A stretch of 59,263 bases of DNA, filler included, from Pirum gemmata (GCA_002812295.1; 8 parts of 8 records of this genome joined end to end with filler, not necessarily neighbours in it); one strand, 5' to 3'. Counted from the first letter of the whole stretch, positions 1-13,335 are shown. Made by a program: numbers and translations. The notes: generated by a model not told the origin, from the letters alone.

Positions 1-120
1 AATAATAATAATAATAATGGTATTAGTAATAATAGTAACAATAGTCAAAATAGTCATAACAGTAAAAACAAAAATACCAGTAACAGTAATAGTAATAAAG
101 AGATAGTAATGATTACGTAC

Positions 121-1086
121 CATACACGTCCCCCGTAACATCATCTGCAGTTTCGCTTTCCTGCATATTCACTGCAATGCTTCCATCTGGTTCGCTATTT
201 TCACTGTTTTCATCATTTTCAACTTTTACTTTTTTTTTGGTGTTACTATTATTTCTAGAAAGAGAGTCTATATAATTGGTGATTGGCAAAAAAATGAATG
301 AACGGTAATAATGATAGATAAAATGATTTAATATTAGAAAGGTTAAGTGAAAGAAAGGGTGATAAAGGAGATGAGGAGTGGCTGGCGATGGTGCCATGTT
401 ATTGAGAAAACGATATTATATAATTAATATATAATATATGTCTGCTAATAAATATGTTTTAATACAAAGCTTAGCGGTTATGGTGTTATTAAGGGTGGTA
501 TGTTAAGGCTTCTGTTAATAAAGACATCAGTATATAGTTCAGACCTAAGGGGTGTTGGTTAGAGTTAGGGTTAGGGTTAGGTGAGAATTGAGATTGAAAA
601 TTAATCAAGTCACCTTTCACATCATTAGCAGTATCACTTATTTCTTTTTTGTTAACGCTTTCATTGTTAATATATAACGTTGAAACATCATGTTTTCTTT
701 TCACTTCTTTTACTATTTTACTTTCTTTAATGACACCCTCAATACCATTGTCTATTTCGATACTTTCGACACGGCAACAACGAAGGGGTGCGTGAATAAA
801 ATCATTGTTAATGCTTCTTTGGAATAAACTACGTCGATTTTTTGGTTTTAGCAGCTCTTGACTTTGTTTGAATTGCAGATTTAGTTCATCTAAACAATTA
901 GTGTTTTAAAATTGTTTCAATAAAAATTTTAATATATAGTTTGTGCAACGTACACTTTTTTAACTTAGAGTGGAAAGTGGTGGGTGGTAATAAGCAGTGA
1001 TGATAATGATGCTAGTAAATTAGTTAATAATAGTATTAATATATGTTTTTTAGCTTTTTACTTTGCTAATAACGTTGTTGCTTCCT

Positions 1087-1117
<31 letters not shown>

Positions 1118-1357
1118 NNNNNNNNNNNNNNNNNNNNNNNNNNNNNNNNNNNNNNNNNNNNNNNNNNNNNNNNNNNNNNNNNNNNNNNNNNNNNNNNNNN
1201 NNNNNNNNNNNNNNNNNNNNNNNNNNNNNNNNNNNATAAATAATAAATAATAAATAATAAATAATAAAGCTATAAAAAAATGTTTACCATCACCATAGCA
1301 AAAGAAAATGAGGCAAAAGAGTACCAAAGAAAAAAAAAGAACAGCTTTGTTAGTCAT
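121..1357 (-). CDS. Multi-exon secreted protein of unknown function, 3' part runs off the window
   Basis: Hand-spliced GT-AG exons 1357-1288, 1084-1062, 1011-954, 889-614 and 267-121 join in phase with no stops. Exon 1 is a signal peptide (MTNKAVLFFSLVLFCLIFFCYGD). Intron 1 contains an N gap. Confidence 0.6.
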
Positions 1358-2214
1358 GGTGAGAAATACGAAAATATGAGGAAAGCATTTACTCCATAAA
1401 GTTTATTTATGAATAATAGGAAAATGATAATAAATAGACAAATTACGAAAAAGATATAGATAAAATAAATTTGTTGTTATGATATATCTGATATTTACAA
1501 ATAAAGTCTACTCTAGAAGAAGTAATAAAGGAGACCATAGAACTATGATATTAATTTTATATATCATATTATTATAATGATCTAAGAAAAATGATATTCA
1601 TATATATAGAGAAATACATATAGAATACATATAGACTCATATAGACTAATAGTAGACTAATAATAGTCTAATAGACACTAGTCTACTACCGCTAGACTAG
1701 CTAGTCTATTGTATGAAAGAACAGCCACCCTGAACATTTATTTGGTAGGTTATAACTTAGATTAAATTGGTATTTTTAAATGAATAAATAGATAATAAAA
1801 TATAGCAAATTAAATTAAATATATTTATATTGTATTAATTTGGTACTCTTTCTTTATTGTGCATTTTATGATGAGAAAACAACTGAAAAGCACAACGAAA
1901 AGAGTACGAAACTTCGTCTTTTTCTATATAGTTGAACTAGTTAGTTAGCTAGCTAGCTAGTCTCCTTGCTGCTTCTTGGGACTTTCTTGGGGACTCCTCA
2001 GGAATGTGAGCTAGACTCTAGCTAGCTCTAGCTAAGTTCTAGTAGCTACTAGCTAGAGCTAGTAGATTCTATCATTAGTGTAGTGGTAACTGTGTTATAG
2101 CTAGTAGAGTGCTGCTAGCTACTAGCTAGTAGGGAATATGAGGAAAAAGAAGACTAGCTCGATTCGAAAAAAATAAAATATTTGAAAAAAATCGAGCAAT
2201 TTTTTTCCAGATTA

Positions 2215-2342
2215 CCTATGCCTCTTTGTCCAAAACACTTTTGGTTATAATTTTCAAGTTCATTTTTTAAAATAATTAATTACTGCCTAAAACAGTTTAA
2301 GTCACACTTTCGAGCAATAACTTCTATCAAAGAATAAGTGAC
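2215..2342 (+). repeat. Dispersed repeat of ~130 bp; inverted copy at ~51685-51808
   Basis: TAATTAATTACTGCCTAAAACAGTTTAAGTCACACTTT and flanks match the reverse complement at ~51.7 kb. Confidence 0.75.
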
Positions 2343-2466
2343 AAAAATCGCAAATCCCCGAATTCCCAGTGTATATTTATTTATTTGAATTCATTTATTT
2401 ATTTATTCATCTGTTTATTTTATTTATTTATTTATCAAAATTTATTTATTTATAAGTTTATTTTAT

Positions 2467-3509
2467 TTATTTATTTATATTCACTATTATATCTTTGTTG
2501 CGAAGTTTTTCTAAAAGACCAGCTTTTTTGTTCTCTAATTCTTTCTCGCGTTTTAATAAATGCTCGTTTTCTTCACGTAAGTTTTTGTTTTTTTTAAAAC
2601 ATTCCTCGAGCTCAAGTTTTCTTTGTTGTCGGTATTTGCGTGCAGAGATGCGGTTAGTTTCTCGTATTTCTTCTTTGTTACGTTTAGGTTTTTTGTTTAA
2701 TAAATGACTACTATTACCAACAAGTTTCTCTAACTTGCTGCTCATGGGCGAGCTAATTAGAGTTGGTTGAGTACTATTGCCAATACGGCTCTCCAACTTG
2801 CTGCTCATGGACGAGTTAATTAGAGTTGGTTGAGATTGCATTGAAGGGGGTGGTACGTATGAAGATATATTATGGGAATTATTGGTTAATGAAGTCGTTC
2901 CTGGTGCAACAAGTGAGGTTAAAGATGTAGAACTATAATTAGGTGATAAAGGCGTCATCAAAGTTTCTAACGAAGGAGATATGGTTGAATTTGGTGAAAC
3001 TGGCATAGCTGAAGCCAAATTTAAATCGGATATCATCTGGTAAATATTACCTTCTTCTTTGGCAAAAGGAAATAAGTCAACGTTACTGTAAGGTATACAG
3101 GACGTCGTGTTTCGTCTGGCGTTTGGAGTGTTAGGTAAATCTAAAAACGAGGAATATCTTGATGGTGCTGATGATGCTGGTACTAAGGATGATAATAATG
3201 ATGATGATGATTCTGAATATCGTCGTCTGCTTTCAGAATTGTAATTTTCTAAATATTGATATCTGTTTTTGACAAATACTGTCGAAGAGGGAAAAAAATC
3301 CGAGTCACTTGAACCAGAGCAATCATTAAGCTGAGAAGAAATACTACTGATACTACTGTTAAAGTTATCAAACATAATATTATTATCCATATCGAAATTC
3401 ATGTCACCACTGTTTTTTCTAGAATGAAAAAGCTCATGCTGCTGTTGTTGCTGCTGTTGTGGTGATTGTTGTTGTTGTTGTTGTGGTGGTGGTGATGATG
3501 ATGGTGGTG

Positions 3510-3545
<36 letters not shown>

Positions 3546-3861
3546 GCTGTTGTTGTTGTTGATTTATTGGAACTGTCGTCAAACTGTTGTCGTATTTATA
3601 ATAATTGTTATTATAGTTTATATCAGGGTTTAAGTTAAAGTTTATATTAATATTATTGTTTTGGCTGTTATTATTATTGTTAATGTTGTTGTTGTTGTTG
3701 TAATTGTTGATAGTAGTACTGGGGTAGGTTTTCGACTTAGTATACACATAATTAACTTTGTTATTGGCAAAGTTGTCGTTGTGAAACAAATCTCCACTTG
3801 GAGGAGAGTAGGACATTTTGCACATTTTTGAGTTATTGGCTTGCTCTTTTTCTGTATTCAT
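2467..3861 (-). CDS. bZIP transcription factor, 464 aa, with an N/Q/S-rich N-terminal region
   Basis: C-terminal basic region RETNRISARKYRQQRK (N-x7-R) followed by a leucine heptad repeat (LREENEHLLKREKELENKKAGL). Confidence 0.9.
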
Positions 3862-4482
3862 CTAGTATTCATCTGCAAAAAACGCAAAAAATATCATTCC
3901 CGTATACGAATACAGTATTTGTGTATAATAGCATTTAAAAATAAATTATTTGTTCGGGCTTTATAATGATCTGTATTTTATTTTGTTTTTCAATGTTTTT
4001 TTTTTTTTATGATATAGGGAAAAAAACATCGTCCCTGTCGATATTATTAGGTTTTTTGGAAATAATATCGTCCCTGTAAAAAAAAACTATGAAAACTATG
4101 TAAATATTTTTTTAATTATTATTTTCGATTCGACTACAAATTTTGTATTTACTAATAATAACTAATAAAATAACGATGTTAAGTTAAGTTATATTAATAT
4201 ATTGGTTATAACAATGTTAAATAGTTATTCAATCATAAGACCATCCTAAAGCTTATAATGTTTACTTTGACAAATACAAAGGTCTCATTAAAAAATGTTA
4301 AATATTGAGTGGTTTTTAAAAAATGTTATTTTATTATTTCCCTATGATGTCACAAAATTTCAAAGTAAATCCCAGTTGAGCTTACTTACACCTGGATGTT
4401 GGATCTGGAACTCCCAAAAAAAAAATTGGAGCCTACTTTTCATATTCTGTCAAATATCTATGCTGTAAACATAGCTATTTAA

Positions 4483-4770
4483 TTGTTATTGTTATTGTTA
4501 TTGTTATTGTTATTGTTATTGTTATTGTTATTGTTATTGTTATTGTTATTGTTATTGTTATTGTTATTGTTATTGTTATTGTTATTGTTATNNNNNNNNN
4601 NNNNNNNNNNNNNNNNNNNNNNNNNNNNNNNNNNNNNNNNNNNNNTTATTGTTTTTGTTATTGTTATTGTTATTGTTATTGTTATTGTTATTGTTATTAA
4701 TTGTTATTGTTATTGTTATTGTTATTGTTATTGTTATTTGTTATTGTTATTAATTGGTATTGTTATTGTT
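4483..4770. repeat. (TTATTG)n microsatellite with an internal N gap
   Basis: Directly visible. Confidence 0.95.
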
Positions 4771-4799
4771 ATATGCATATGGTTATTACTTTTTTGAAT

Positions 4800-5360
4800 T
4801 TCAACACTAGCCTACCGAAAAAAAACCAACAAAACTATGGACGTCGAAAAAAAAAACCTTTTCCAAGTCTTTTCCATATTTGTTTTCCATGTCCTGCTCC
4901 AAAGAATTTCCACCAGAACCTGTAAAACAGTACTAAAACTATCATAGACTAAAATTGCTAACCCCTACCTACAATCTACCTACATAAATCTGAATATAGA
5001 CGACAAATTCCAACAATATCCACAAGTGGACCACAACAACATACAACAACGACTACAGCGCTATAATACTAGGAACAAAAGTTAAAAATCAATATTTCTA
5101 CAACAAAAAAACAATTGTTAATCACAGACTATATATTATTAATAATATGGTATTATTATAAAAAATACAACAAGTTAAAAAACTGAATGACAATCGAATT
5201 ATTATCATAACCTATACCAAACTATATATTATGAAACAAATCTATAAATTACAACTTTAATTAATTTAAAAGTGAAGATCCTAAATTTTATGACAAGTTT
5301 ATTCAATCCTACAACTTTATGCTTTCAAATGAAGCTAATAAAATTTTAAAATATTAGTTA
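4800..5360 (+). pseudogene. Possible degenerate 3' end of a non-LTR retrotransposon (LINE) ORF2
   Basis: LFHICFPCPAPKNF resembles the H-x-F-x-CP half of the zf-RVT domain, and downstream LIIWYYYKKYNKL resembles L1-type C-termini. The 20-mer CCAAAGAATTTCCACCAGAA recurs at ~42089 in a similar A/C-rich tract. Confidence 0.3.
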
Positions 5361-5523
5361 GAAAAACAAATAGTAAATATTTACGTATGGAATTACGGTG
5401 AATATATTCATGTAAATGGAAATAATAAAAGAACTCACAGTGGAATCATATTATAATAACCTGCTGCTCCTCCTTCTCTTCCTTTTTCATAGACTATCGT
5501 AGAAGGAAAACAGGAACATAATA

Positions 5524-5708
5524 TGGTGCTTTTCAGTTGTTGTGTCATCATAAGAAATACAATAAATAGTACCAAATTAATACAATATAGATTTATTTAA
5601 TTTAATTTGGTGTATTTTATTATATATGTATTGATTTAAAAATGTCAACTTAAAGATTATAACCCTCCAAATAAACATTCAGAGTGACAAAATAAATGAA
5701 AGGCACGA
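5524..5708 (+). mobile_element. MITE family A (~185 bp, TIR TCGTGCTTTTCA, TA target site), representative copy
   Basis: Ends (TA)TCGTGCTTTTCA...TGAAAAGCACGA(TA). About 14 copies: 1730-1893(-), 5524-5708(+), 5907-6089(-), 6520-6680(+), 8214-8299(+), 8623-8817(-), 9903-10086(+), 13821-13968(+), 29743-29950(+), 30535-30698(+), 31575-31760(+), 32855-33030(+), 33110-33317(-), 56927-57110(-). Confidence 0.85.
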
Positions 5709-7459
5709 TATAGTCTAATCTGTGAGTGGTCTACTAGCTAGAACTCTGCTATACTACCTGGTACTAGCTATAGTTCTGTCAAAGACACCTATTTGACGTA
5801 AAGAATCCGATATAATATATATAATATTCTTATCAGTAGTAGAACATTGTACTCTGTTTTTTAGTACCTCTAACGATCTCCCCTGTTTCACTACTACTAT
5901 CGTGCACGTGCTTTTCATTTATTTTGTCAATCTGAATATTTATTTGGAGGGTTATACACTTTAAATTGACATTTTTAAATCAATATATTATAGATAATAA
6001 AATATATCAAATTAAATAAAATGGATTTATATTATATTAATTTGGTACTATTTATTGTATATTTTATGATGACAAAACAACAGAAAAGGAATACTGGTAT
6101 ACTATCATATTATTACTACTACCACAATCGATATCATTACCACTTCATTACCTGCATTGTCACTATTACTGGAAGCCTGGGTGGAAGGTATTGAATCGTT
6201 TAAGACTGTTACTGTCTGTTTACTTTTATCTTACAAAATTAATAGCGTTATAATAAACTCAAGGCGCTTTGCTGTTGCTAACATTCACAAATCAAGCCTG
6301 ATGTAGAGGAATTTTATCATGGTGCCCCACTCTTTTATTTTTTGCTCATTGCTATATTATTATATATTGTATAATTTATATAGCTTTCCTTTTCTTTCTC
6401 ATTAATATTTAATACTAATAATAGATAATGATAATGATAAAACAGCAACAATAATAATACTTTATTATTATAATAACGAGAAAGAAAAAGAAAGATAATA
6501 TTATATATTATATTGAAGTACCACAAAATTACAATAAATAGTACCAAATTAATACAATATAAATCCATTTCATTTACTTTTGGTATATTTCATTGTATAT
6601 TTATTTATTTAAAAGTATCAATTTAAATATTATAAACAACCAAATAAATATCCGGAGTGACAAAATAAATGATAAGTACAATGTTCACTAGACCCCGGTC
6701 TAGTTTAGTCTACTGGTATATAATACTATCGTGTTGTCCAGTTCAAAAACTGAAATAAACGGGTACCAAATTATTATTATAGTTAAACTATCGGGCACAT
6801 TTTAATTAATTTGGTGTTTTAAATTTAATGTTATAGTTTATAAAGAAGTTCAATTATATACTTAAACACTCTTAAACAGTACCAAATTAAAGATTGATCA
6901 TATACCTCGTAGTCGGGTAGTTCTACATGTAGACTTATTTAGTAGACTTTTTTTTTTTTTTCAGTTTTTTTTTCTCTAGACTTTTTTTCTTATCACACAT
7001 GACCCACGAGTAGACTAGCGAGACTACGAGTAGACTTATCTCAGCGCTAATATTATTTGGTATGATATGATACATTGCTAATATTATTTGGTATTATATG
7101 ATACAATTATATTACAAATTGGTAGGTAAATGAGGATCTTAATTAACCCTTTTTTGTAATCTCCACACGTGGCTGCCCCCAAAAATAAGAAAAATAAGTG
7201 AAAATAGTCTAGACTACTAGACGGGGGTCTAGACTATAGACTATCGATATAGACTTATCGATAGATTTAGACTATATATCATAGTCTATAGACTTCTATA
7301 GACTCTATACTTTAGGTTTTAAAAATAATAGACCTCAAATAATATTTCATTGGGAATTTGGCTGGTAATTTGAGTGTAATTTGAGTGTAATTTGAGTAAT
7401 TTGGTCGTTTTTTTTTTTTTTTTTTTTTTTTGGGACTTCAGGATTTCTTAGAAGCCTAG

Positions 7460-8190
7460 TATATTTCCATTTTAATGGCTCAGATCGCAATCTGAAAGGT
7501 TATAATTTTCATCTGATAAGCCAAAAGGTGGTGTTTATGATGACATCATTAATGAATTTTATTCTTTTTCTATATTTCCATTTGAATGTCTCAGATCGCA
7601 ATCTGAAAGCTTATAATTTTCATCTGATAGGGTCAGAAGGTGGGAAGGGTCTCCAGTGTTTATGATGACATCATTAATGAACTCTATTCCAAATCCCCTT
7701 TTTCTATATTTCCATTTTAATGGCTCAGATCGCAATCTGAAAGCTTATAATTTTCATCTGATGGTGTCAGAAGGTGGGAAGGGTCTCCAGTGTTTATGAT
7801 GACATCATTAATGAACTCTATTTCAAATCCCCTTTTTCTATATTTCCATTTTAATGGCTCAGATGGCAATCTGAAAGCTTATAATTTTCATCTGATAGGG
7901 TCAGAAGGTGGGAAGAGTCTGCAGTGTTTATGATGACATCATTAATGAATTCTATTCCAAATCCACTTTTTCTATATTTCCATTTTAATAGCTCAGATCG
8001 CAATCTGAAAGCTTATAATTTTCATCTGATAGGGTCTGCAGTGTTTATGATGACATCATTAATGAATTCTATTCCAAATCCACTTTTTCTATATTTCTCA
8101 GATCGCAATCTGAAAGCTTATAATTTTCATCTGATAGGGTCAGAAGGTAGGAGATATGTGGTGTTTATGATGACGTCATTAATGAATTCT
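7460..8190 (+). repeat. Tandem array with a 134-bp unit, six copies, some internally deleted
   Basis: Unit starts at 7460, 7571, 7705, 7839, 7973 and 8090. Each carries CTCAGAT(C/G)GCAATCTGAAAG and ATGATGACATCATTAATGAA. A diverged monomer lies at ~13695-13790. Confidence 0.95.
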
Positions 8191-8299
8191 TGGGACTATG
8201 CCGTGTCTACCTCCTTTTTCAGTTTTTGTCATACAATAAAGAGTACTAAATTAATACAATATAAATCCATTTAATTTAATTTGCTATATTTTATTATTT

Positions 8300-8399
8300 N
8301 NNNNNNNNNNNNNNNNNNNNNNNNNNNNNNNNNNNNNNNNNNNTTAATTAATTAANNNNNNNNNNNNNNNNNNNNNNNNNNNNNNNNNNNNNNNNNNNN
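8300..8399. other. Artificial contig-joining spacer N44-TTAATTAATTAA-N44, first of seven
   Basis: Identical 100-nt structure at 8300, 15256, 22233, 29277, 38566, 45465 and 52378. The 12-mer has stops in all six frames. Confidence 0.97.
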
Positions 8400-8622
8400 T
8401 TTTCGTTTTTCCATATTCGTGTCGGGTGGGCCTATCTGTTTTTGTTTGTTACTCGAGTTTTGTTAGACTGTTTTGTTACTGTTTTTTTGGTGGCTTTTTT
8501 GGCTTTTTTAAAAGTAATAATCCCTGTAGTTAGTTTATGGCTGTTATAATCAGGTTATAATATCGGATAGTTATGATAATATTATATCAAATATGATATG
8601 AAATCGTATATCGATATTAATA

Positions 8623-8817
8623 TTGTGCTTTTCATTTATTTTGTCACTCCGAATATTTATTTGGTTCCTTATAATATTTAAATTGATACTTTTAAATAAA
8701 TTTAAATAAATAAATATATAATAAAATATACCAAATTAAATTAAATGGGTTTGTATTGTATTAATTTGGTACTATTTATTGTATATTTGATGACGACAAA
8801 ATAACTGAAAAGCACGA
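8623..8817 (-). mobile_element. MITE family A copy
   Basis: Full-length copy with both TIRs. Confidence 0.8.
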
Positions 8818-9902
8818 TAAATAGAGTCAATGATAGTTAGAGCGAAGTCAGAGCGACAGTGACAAGTGACATCAGGTGTCAGGCACAGTGCTGTGGATAT
8901 GGTGCATGTGTAGGTGCATGTCTGGACTCTAGCTAGCTAGTAGGTCTAGTACTACTGTAGTAGACTAGCTAGCTGGTGAGTATTCGAAACCTTGTACAAC
9001 AATTCTTGGATTTCTTACAATGGTCTATCTCTTTTCTTTCTCTGGGATTTTTTGTTTGTTTTTATTTTTATAATTTAGTGTTTTTTTTTTTTAAAAAATT
9101 TGGTTTTTTATTTTTTTGGTTTTTTAAATTATTTTTGTCTTACCTTACTCTCTTGTATATCAGATTCAGATATACTGTATACATTATACATATCATACAT
9201 CTTGTATCATAATATATATCATACACGTTGATTTATTAATTAATTTATTTATTTTTAAAATGTATATTTTTGATTTTTTTATAACATCGGACCGAAAGTA
9301 TTTGCTATAAATATATATAAATCATACGCATGTATAGTGTATGTATACACATTTTATTTATTCCTTTTTTCACCAAATTGCCATTATTAATATTATAATA
9401 GGTAAGAAAATACTAAATAAAATTTAAGTTTTGAAATTTAAGTTAACAATTTTTTCATTTTAAAAAGGCTTGGGAATTGGGATGTAACTTCATGTATTAA
9501 AGAACAAAGAAACCAATGTATGATATTAATATAATAGACTAAACAAAGCAAAAACAAAAAAAAAATCAGTGCGCTGACTTTCAAATGTGGAAATTGGGTT
9601 TGATTTGGGTTAAAAATTGGGTTTGATTTGGGTTAAAATTTGGGTTTTTTAAAAATTTAATTATAAATGTAGGGAGAGTCCTGGGAGACCGCAAAAATCC
9701 CAAAACCACAGGCTACCTTGTCTAAGTGCAGAGTGCTAACTCTTGTCTGGCTAGCTAGCTAGCTAGTAGCTATGATACAACTAGCTAGTAGCTAGCTCAG
9801 TATGATAGTAGACAAGAGGAGACAAGGTGTGTCTACTCTACAGTCTCTACTCGACTCCAAAAAACCACTGTCTCCCATAATTATGATAATATATAGACTA
9901 AA

Positions 9903-10086
9903 TAGTGCTTTTCAGTTGTTTTGCCATCATAAAATATGCAATAAAGAGTGCCAAATTAATACAATATAAATCCATTTCATTCAATTTGGTATATTTTATT
10001 ATCTATTTATTCATTTAAAAATTCCAATTTAAATATTATAACTAACCAAATAAATATTCGAGTGACAAAATAAATGAAAAGAACGA
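9903..10086 (+). mobile_element. MITE family A copy
   Basis: Full-length copy with both TIRs. Confidence 0.8.
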
Positions 10087-10648
10087 TATTATGTATATAA
10101 TTATTTATAAATTATTATAAATATCGATATAGACATCGACAGTGTTAGGGTATATCATGATATCTATAGTATCTGATAGTATATCATATAATTAAAGAAC
10201 TGGAATTATTAATAAGTGCTATCATAGCTAGTGTATTGTTTTGGTCTATTTTAATAAAATATTACATACAAAAGTGTGCCAGTATTCGCACAATATAATA
10301 TCGATACTTTGTCGCGTATATAGACTACTAGCAGGCTCTACTAGCGTCAAAGACCCCAGGAAATGGGGTCTTTGATCATAGTAGACACAACTAGTAGCTA
10401 GCTCGATCTAGCTAGTACTACTGAAGATATCGATTGTTTGATCTATCTATCGATTAGTATCTGAAATATCCTTACTAGCTAGCTAGAGAACTGCTAGAGA
10501 CTACTAGCTAGTAGTTATCAATACCTAGCTAGCTAGCTAGCTAGTAGCTATCGATAACTACTTTTTTCGTAGATTTTTTTTTTTTTTTCTGGTTTTTCAA
10601 GGGCTCCATTTGGGCTTTTCTAGTAGCTAGTCTAGTATGGATAGCTAG

Positions 10649-10693
10649 TTAGGGTTGGGTTAGGGTTAGGGTTAGGGTTAGGGTTAGGGTTAG
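10649..10693 (+). repeat. Interstitial (TTAGGG)n repeat, about 7 units
   Basis: Directly visible. Confidence 0.9.
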
Positions 10694-12366
10694 CTCTATC
10701 ACAGTAGGTATTGGGAGTGTATTGGGATTTAACTTGGAGGACCTTTGAAGTTTGAATAGTTTGAATAGTCTTTGAAGTTTGAATTCAGAATTCTTGAATA
10801 GACAACGAATTCCAAATTTTAAAATATTATCGTAGGACTCTGATTGGCTATCCCTATATCAATTTTTTTCCAAAAAAATGTTTATAAAACATACCAAATT
10901 AGAATTATTTGAGGACTATTTTAAAAATTACAATTATTAACTATGTATATATAGGAATTTAAAAATACCAAATAGACCATAAAATAAATGTATCTGTTTG
11001 TGTTTGTCTGTTTGTATCTGAAATATCTGAAATATTAGATCCTCCTGAGTCCTGATAACTGTCCTGATATTATAATTAATTACACACAAAATACACACAA
11101 TATCACACAATTCTATCATATCAGATACATCATACACACAATACACCAGCACTACCAGGGTAGCCTATTTTAAAAATAATATGATATTATTGATATAACA
11201 TTATAATACATATTATACTCATATTATAGAATTTATAGTCATTATTATCAGATATCATATATCATATACAGATAACATATCTGATAGAACTACCCGTCAG
11301 TAGTTAATTAAACCATAGTTTAGTATTACTCGATGACACTTTTTAAATTCCAGAAAGAGAAACGGAAATATTGTACATATATAGCTATAGCTAGCTCGAG
11401 TATGTATCGATACATGATTTATATACCATTATTGACCTCTCAATCTTTAATTTGGTAATGTTTACGTGTATAATTGAACTTGTTTGTAAAATACAACATT
11501 AAGTATAAACTACCAAATTAGTTAAAAAATGTCTGATAGTTTAACCATAATAATAATTTGGTACGTTTATTTCAGTTTTTGAACTGGACAGTACTATTGA
11601 AAAACACGCTGGAAAAACACCATATATAACTAGCTAGCTACTACTATATCTGATAGCTAGTAAGTATCGATATAATTATTATAATATCATAATATTATGA
11701 TATATTAATATGATATGATAGATAATCGTACATAGGAGTAGTAGACGAAATAATGTAGTATCAAACAATTGCAAGACAGAAAATGAATTTCGAAATAACT
11801 ATAATAATAGTGTCATTATAGTGTCACACACACACACATAGTCTGGTATGAATAAATAACGGCAAAGGTGTCTATAAGTAATATCATAATAAACAACTGA
11901 GAGCGCAGTAGCAAGTTACTGTAGCTAGCAACAGAACGGCATCAACTAAAACTATGTATAGCTAGCTAGTTTATCATATCAAGGAGTTTTAACTTTTTTA
12001 AAACTCCTTTGATCATATCTATCATAATCATAGCCTTCATCCATAGGAAGCTTTCAAATAATACGTCGCGTCAAGGGGTAGGTAGGTAGGTGGTATTTGA
12101 CCTGAAATTAACGTCAAGGGGCAGGTAGGTAGGGGTATTTGAAGCTGTATTTGACCAGAAATGCTCCCATATCAGAATCATCAGATAGTTTTTTATTGAT
12201 ATCTGATATTATGATAGTCTAGCTACGAGTTTTTTTTTTCTTTTTTTCCTAGCTTTTTCCAAAAAAGGATGAGTAGACTAGAGTAGGTAATACGGCTAGC
12301 TAACTAGCTGTATCATATCGATGAATAATCCTGTAAAAGCCTGTAATACGGCTGGGTAATATACTA

Positions 12367-12590
12367 GTAGGGGTGAGATATGATCTCAGGTATCTACTGG
12401 AACTTTTTTCGAACAGATGCTTATCGAGCCAACCTTAGTTCCGTGTTCCTTACTAATAATAGCAGGTAAATAGCTTAAAATAGTATATCTAATTATAGTA
12501 GATACCAATTAAAGTAATAACACCATAAAAATCGGAAAAGTTCCGACAGCTGTTCGGTAATAATAAAATGACGTCATCTCACCCCTACTG
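12367..12590 (+). mobile_element. MITE family D (~225 bp, TIR CAGTAGGG(G/A)TGAGA, Tc1/mariner-like)
   Basis: Ends AGTAGGGGTGAGA...TCTCACCCCTACTG-TA. Other copies at 37985-38218(+) and 15143-15255(-, cut by a spacer); a related end at ~51452. Confidence 0.8.
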
Positions 12591-12635
12591 TAATACTCTA
12601 GGAAGCGGTAAGACTCGTAGGGTTTTTTTTTTTAA

Positions 12636-12894
12636 CTACCAAGCCGGATAAAAATGGCGACATCTGCCATATGAACTCAAAAATCCAAAAACTCTTTTTT
12701 AAAATGCTCCAATTTTTTAATGAAATACTATCAAATGTTGAGAACAATCTTGCTAAAAAAACTCTATTATTATGAACCAATGGCTAGTTTTTTAAAAAAA
12801 ATTGGCTAGTTTAATATGATAGCATTTTAAAAATGTTTTTAGAAAAGAAGTCCAAAAAAAATTATTTCTACAGTAGTTTTATCCGGCTTGGTTG
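12636..12894 (+). mobile_element. piggyBac-type MITE (family E), 259 bp, TTAA target duplication
   Basis: TTAA-CTACCAAGCCGGATAAAA...TTTTATCCGGCTTGGTTG-TTAA: 18-bp TIR with one mismatch. Partial copies at ~37000-37241(-) and ~50635-50775(+). Confidence 0.8.
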
Positions 12895-13173
12895 TTAAAA
12901 TTTTAAAAAAAAGAAAACATCTGAACTTCAGATTCTGAAGTTTTTCTATTTCAGTCTAATTTCTATCTTTTCCTACATCTTTTCAAGGCGAGGTTTCGCT
13001 ACTTGACTAATTTTAATTAATCATCTATCTGATTCTGATATATAATACTATTATTAAATTTTTAAATTTTATAACAATTATATATCAAGAACCCTACAGA
13101 AGAATATACAGTAGGTAGTACTGGCTACTGCTACTACTACTATTACTCCTAAACTACTACCTACTATTACTAC

Positions 13174-13227
13174 GTAGTAGTAGTAGTAGTAGTAGTAGTG
13201 ATAGTAGTAGTAGTAGTAGTAGTAGTA

Positions 13228-13287
<60 letters not shown>

Positions 13288-13335
13288 ATAGTAGTAGTAG
13301 TAGTACAACTACCACTACTACTACTACTACTACTA
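13174..13335. repeat. (TAG)n/(CTA)n microsatellite
   Basis: Directly visible; a similar (ACT)n tract lies at 52283-52377. Confidence 0.95.

Noticed and set aside
4483..4797. Poly-Leu, poly-Tyr, poly-Val and similar ORFs (also 13078-13355, 36176-36736, 43306-43625, 52751-53135, 53733-54095)
   Set aside because: They are translations of microsatellites.
7460..8190. CRISPR-like array
   Set aside because: Whole units repeat with no unique spacers and there are no cas genes. The same applies to 19878-20007 and the ATTCGCAAA repeats at ~54620-54755.
7924..8274. 116-aa ORF in the 134-bp array
   Set aside because: The unit length is not a multiple of three, and the frame stays open only through deleted units and then runs into a MITE.
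8344..8355. TTAATTAATTAA as a biological motif
   Set aside because: It is always centred in exactly 44+44 Ns, so it is an assembly linker.
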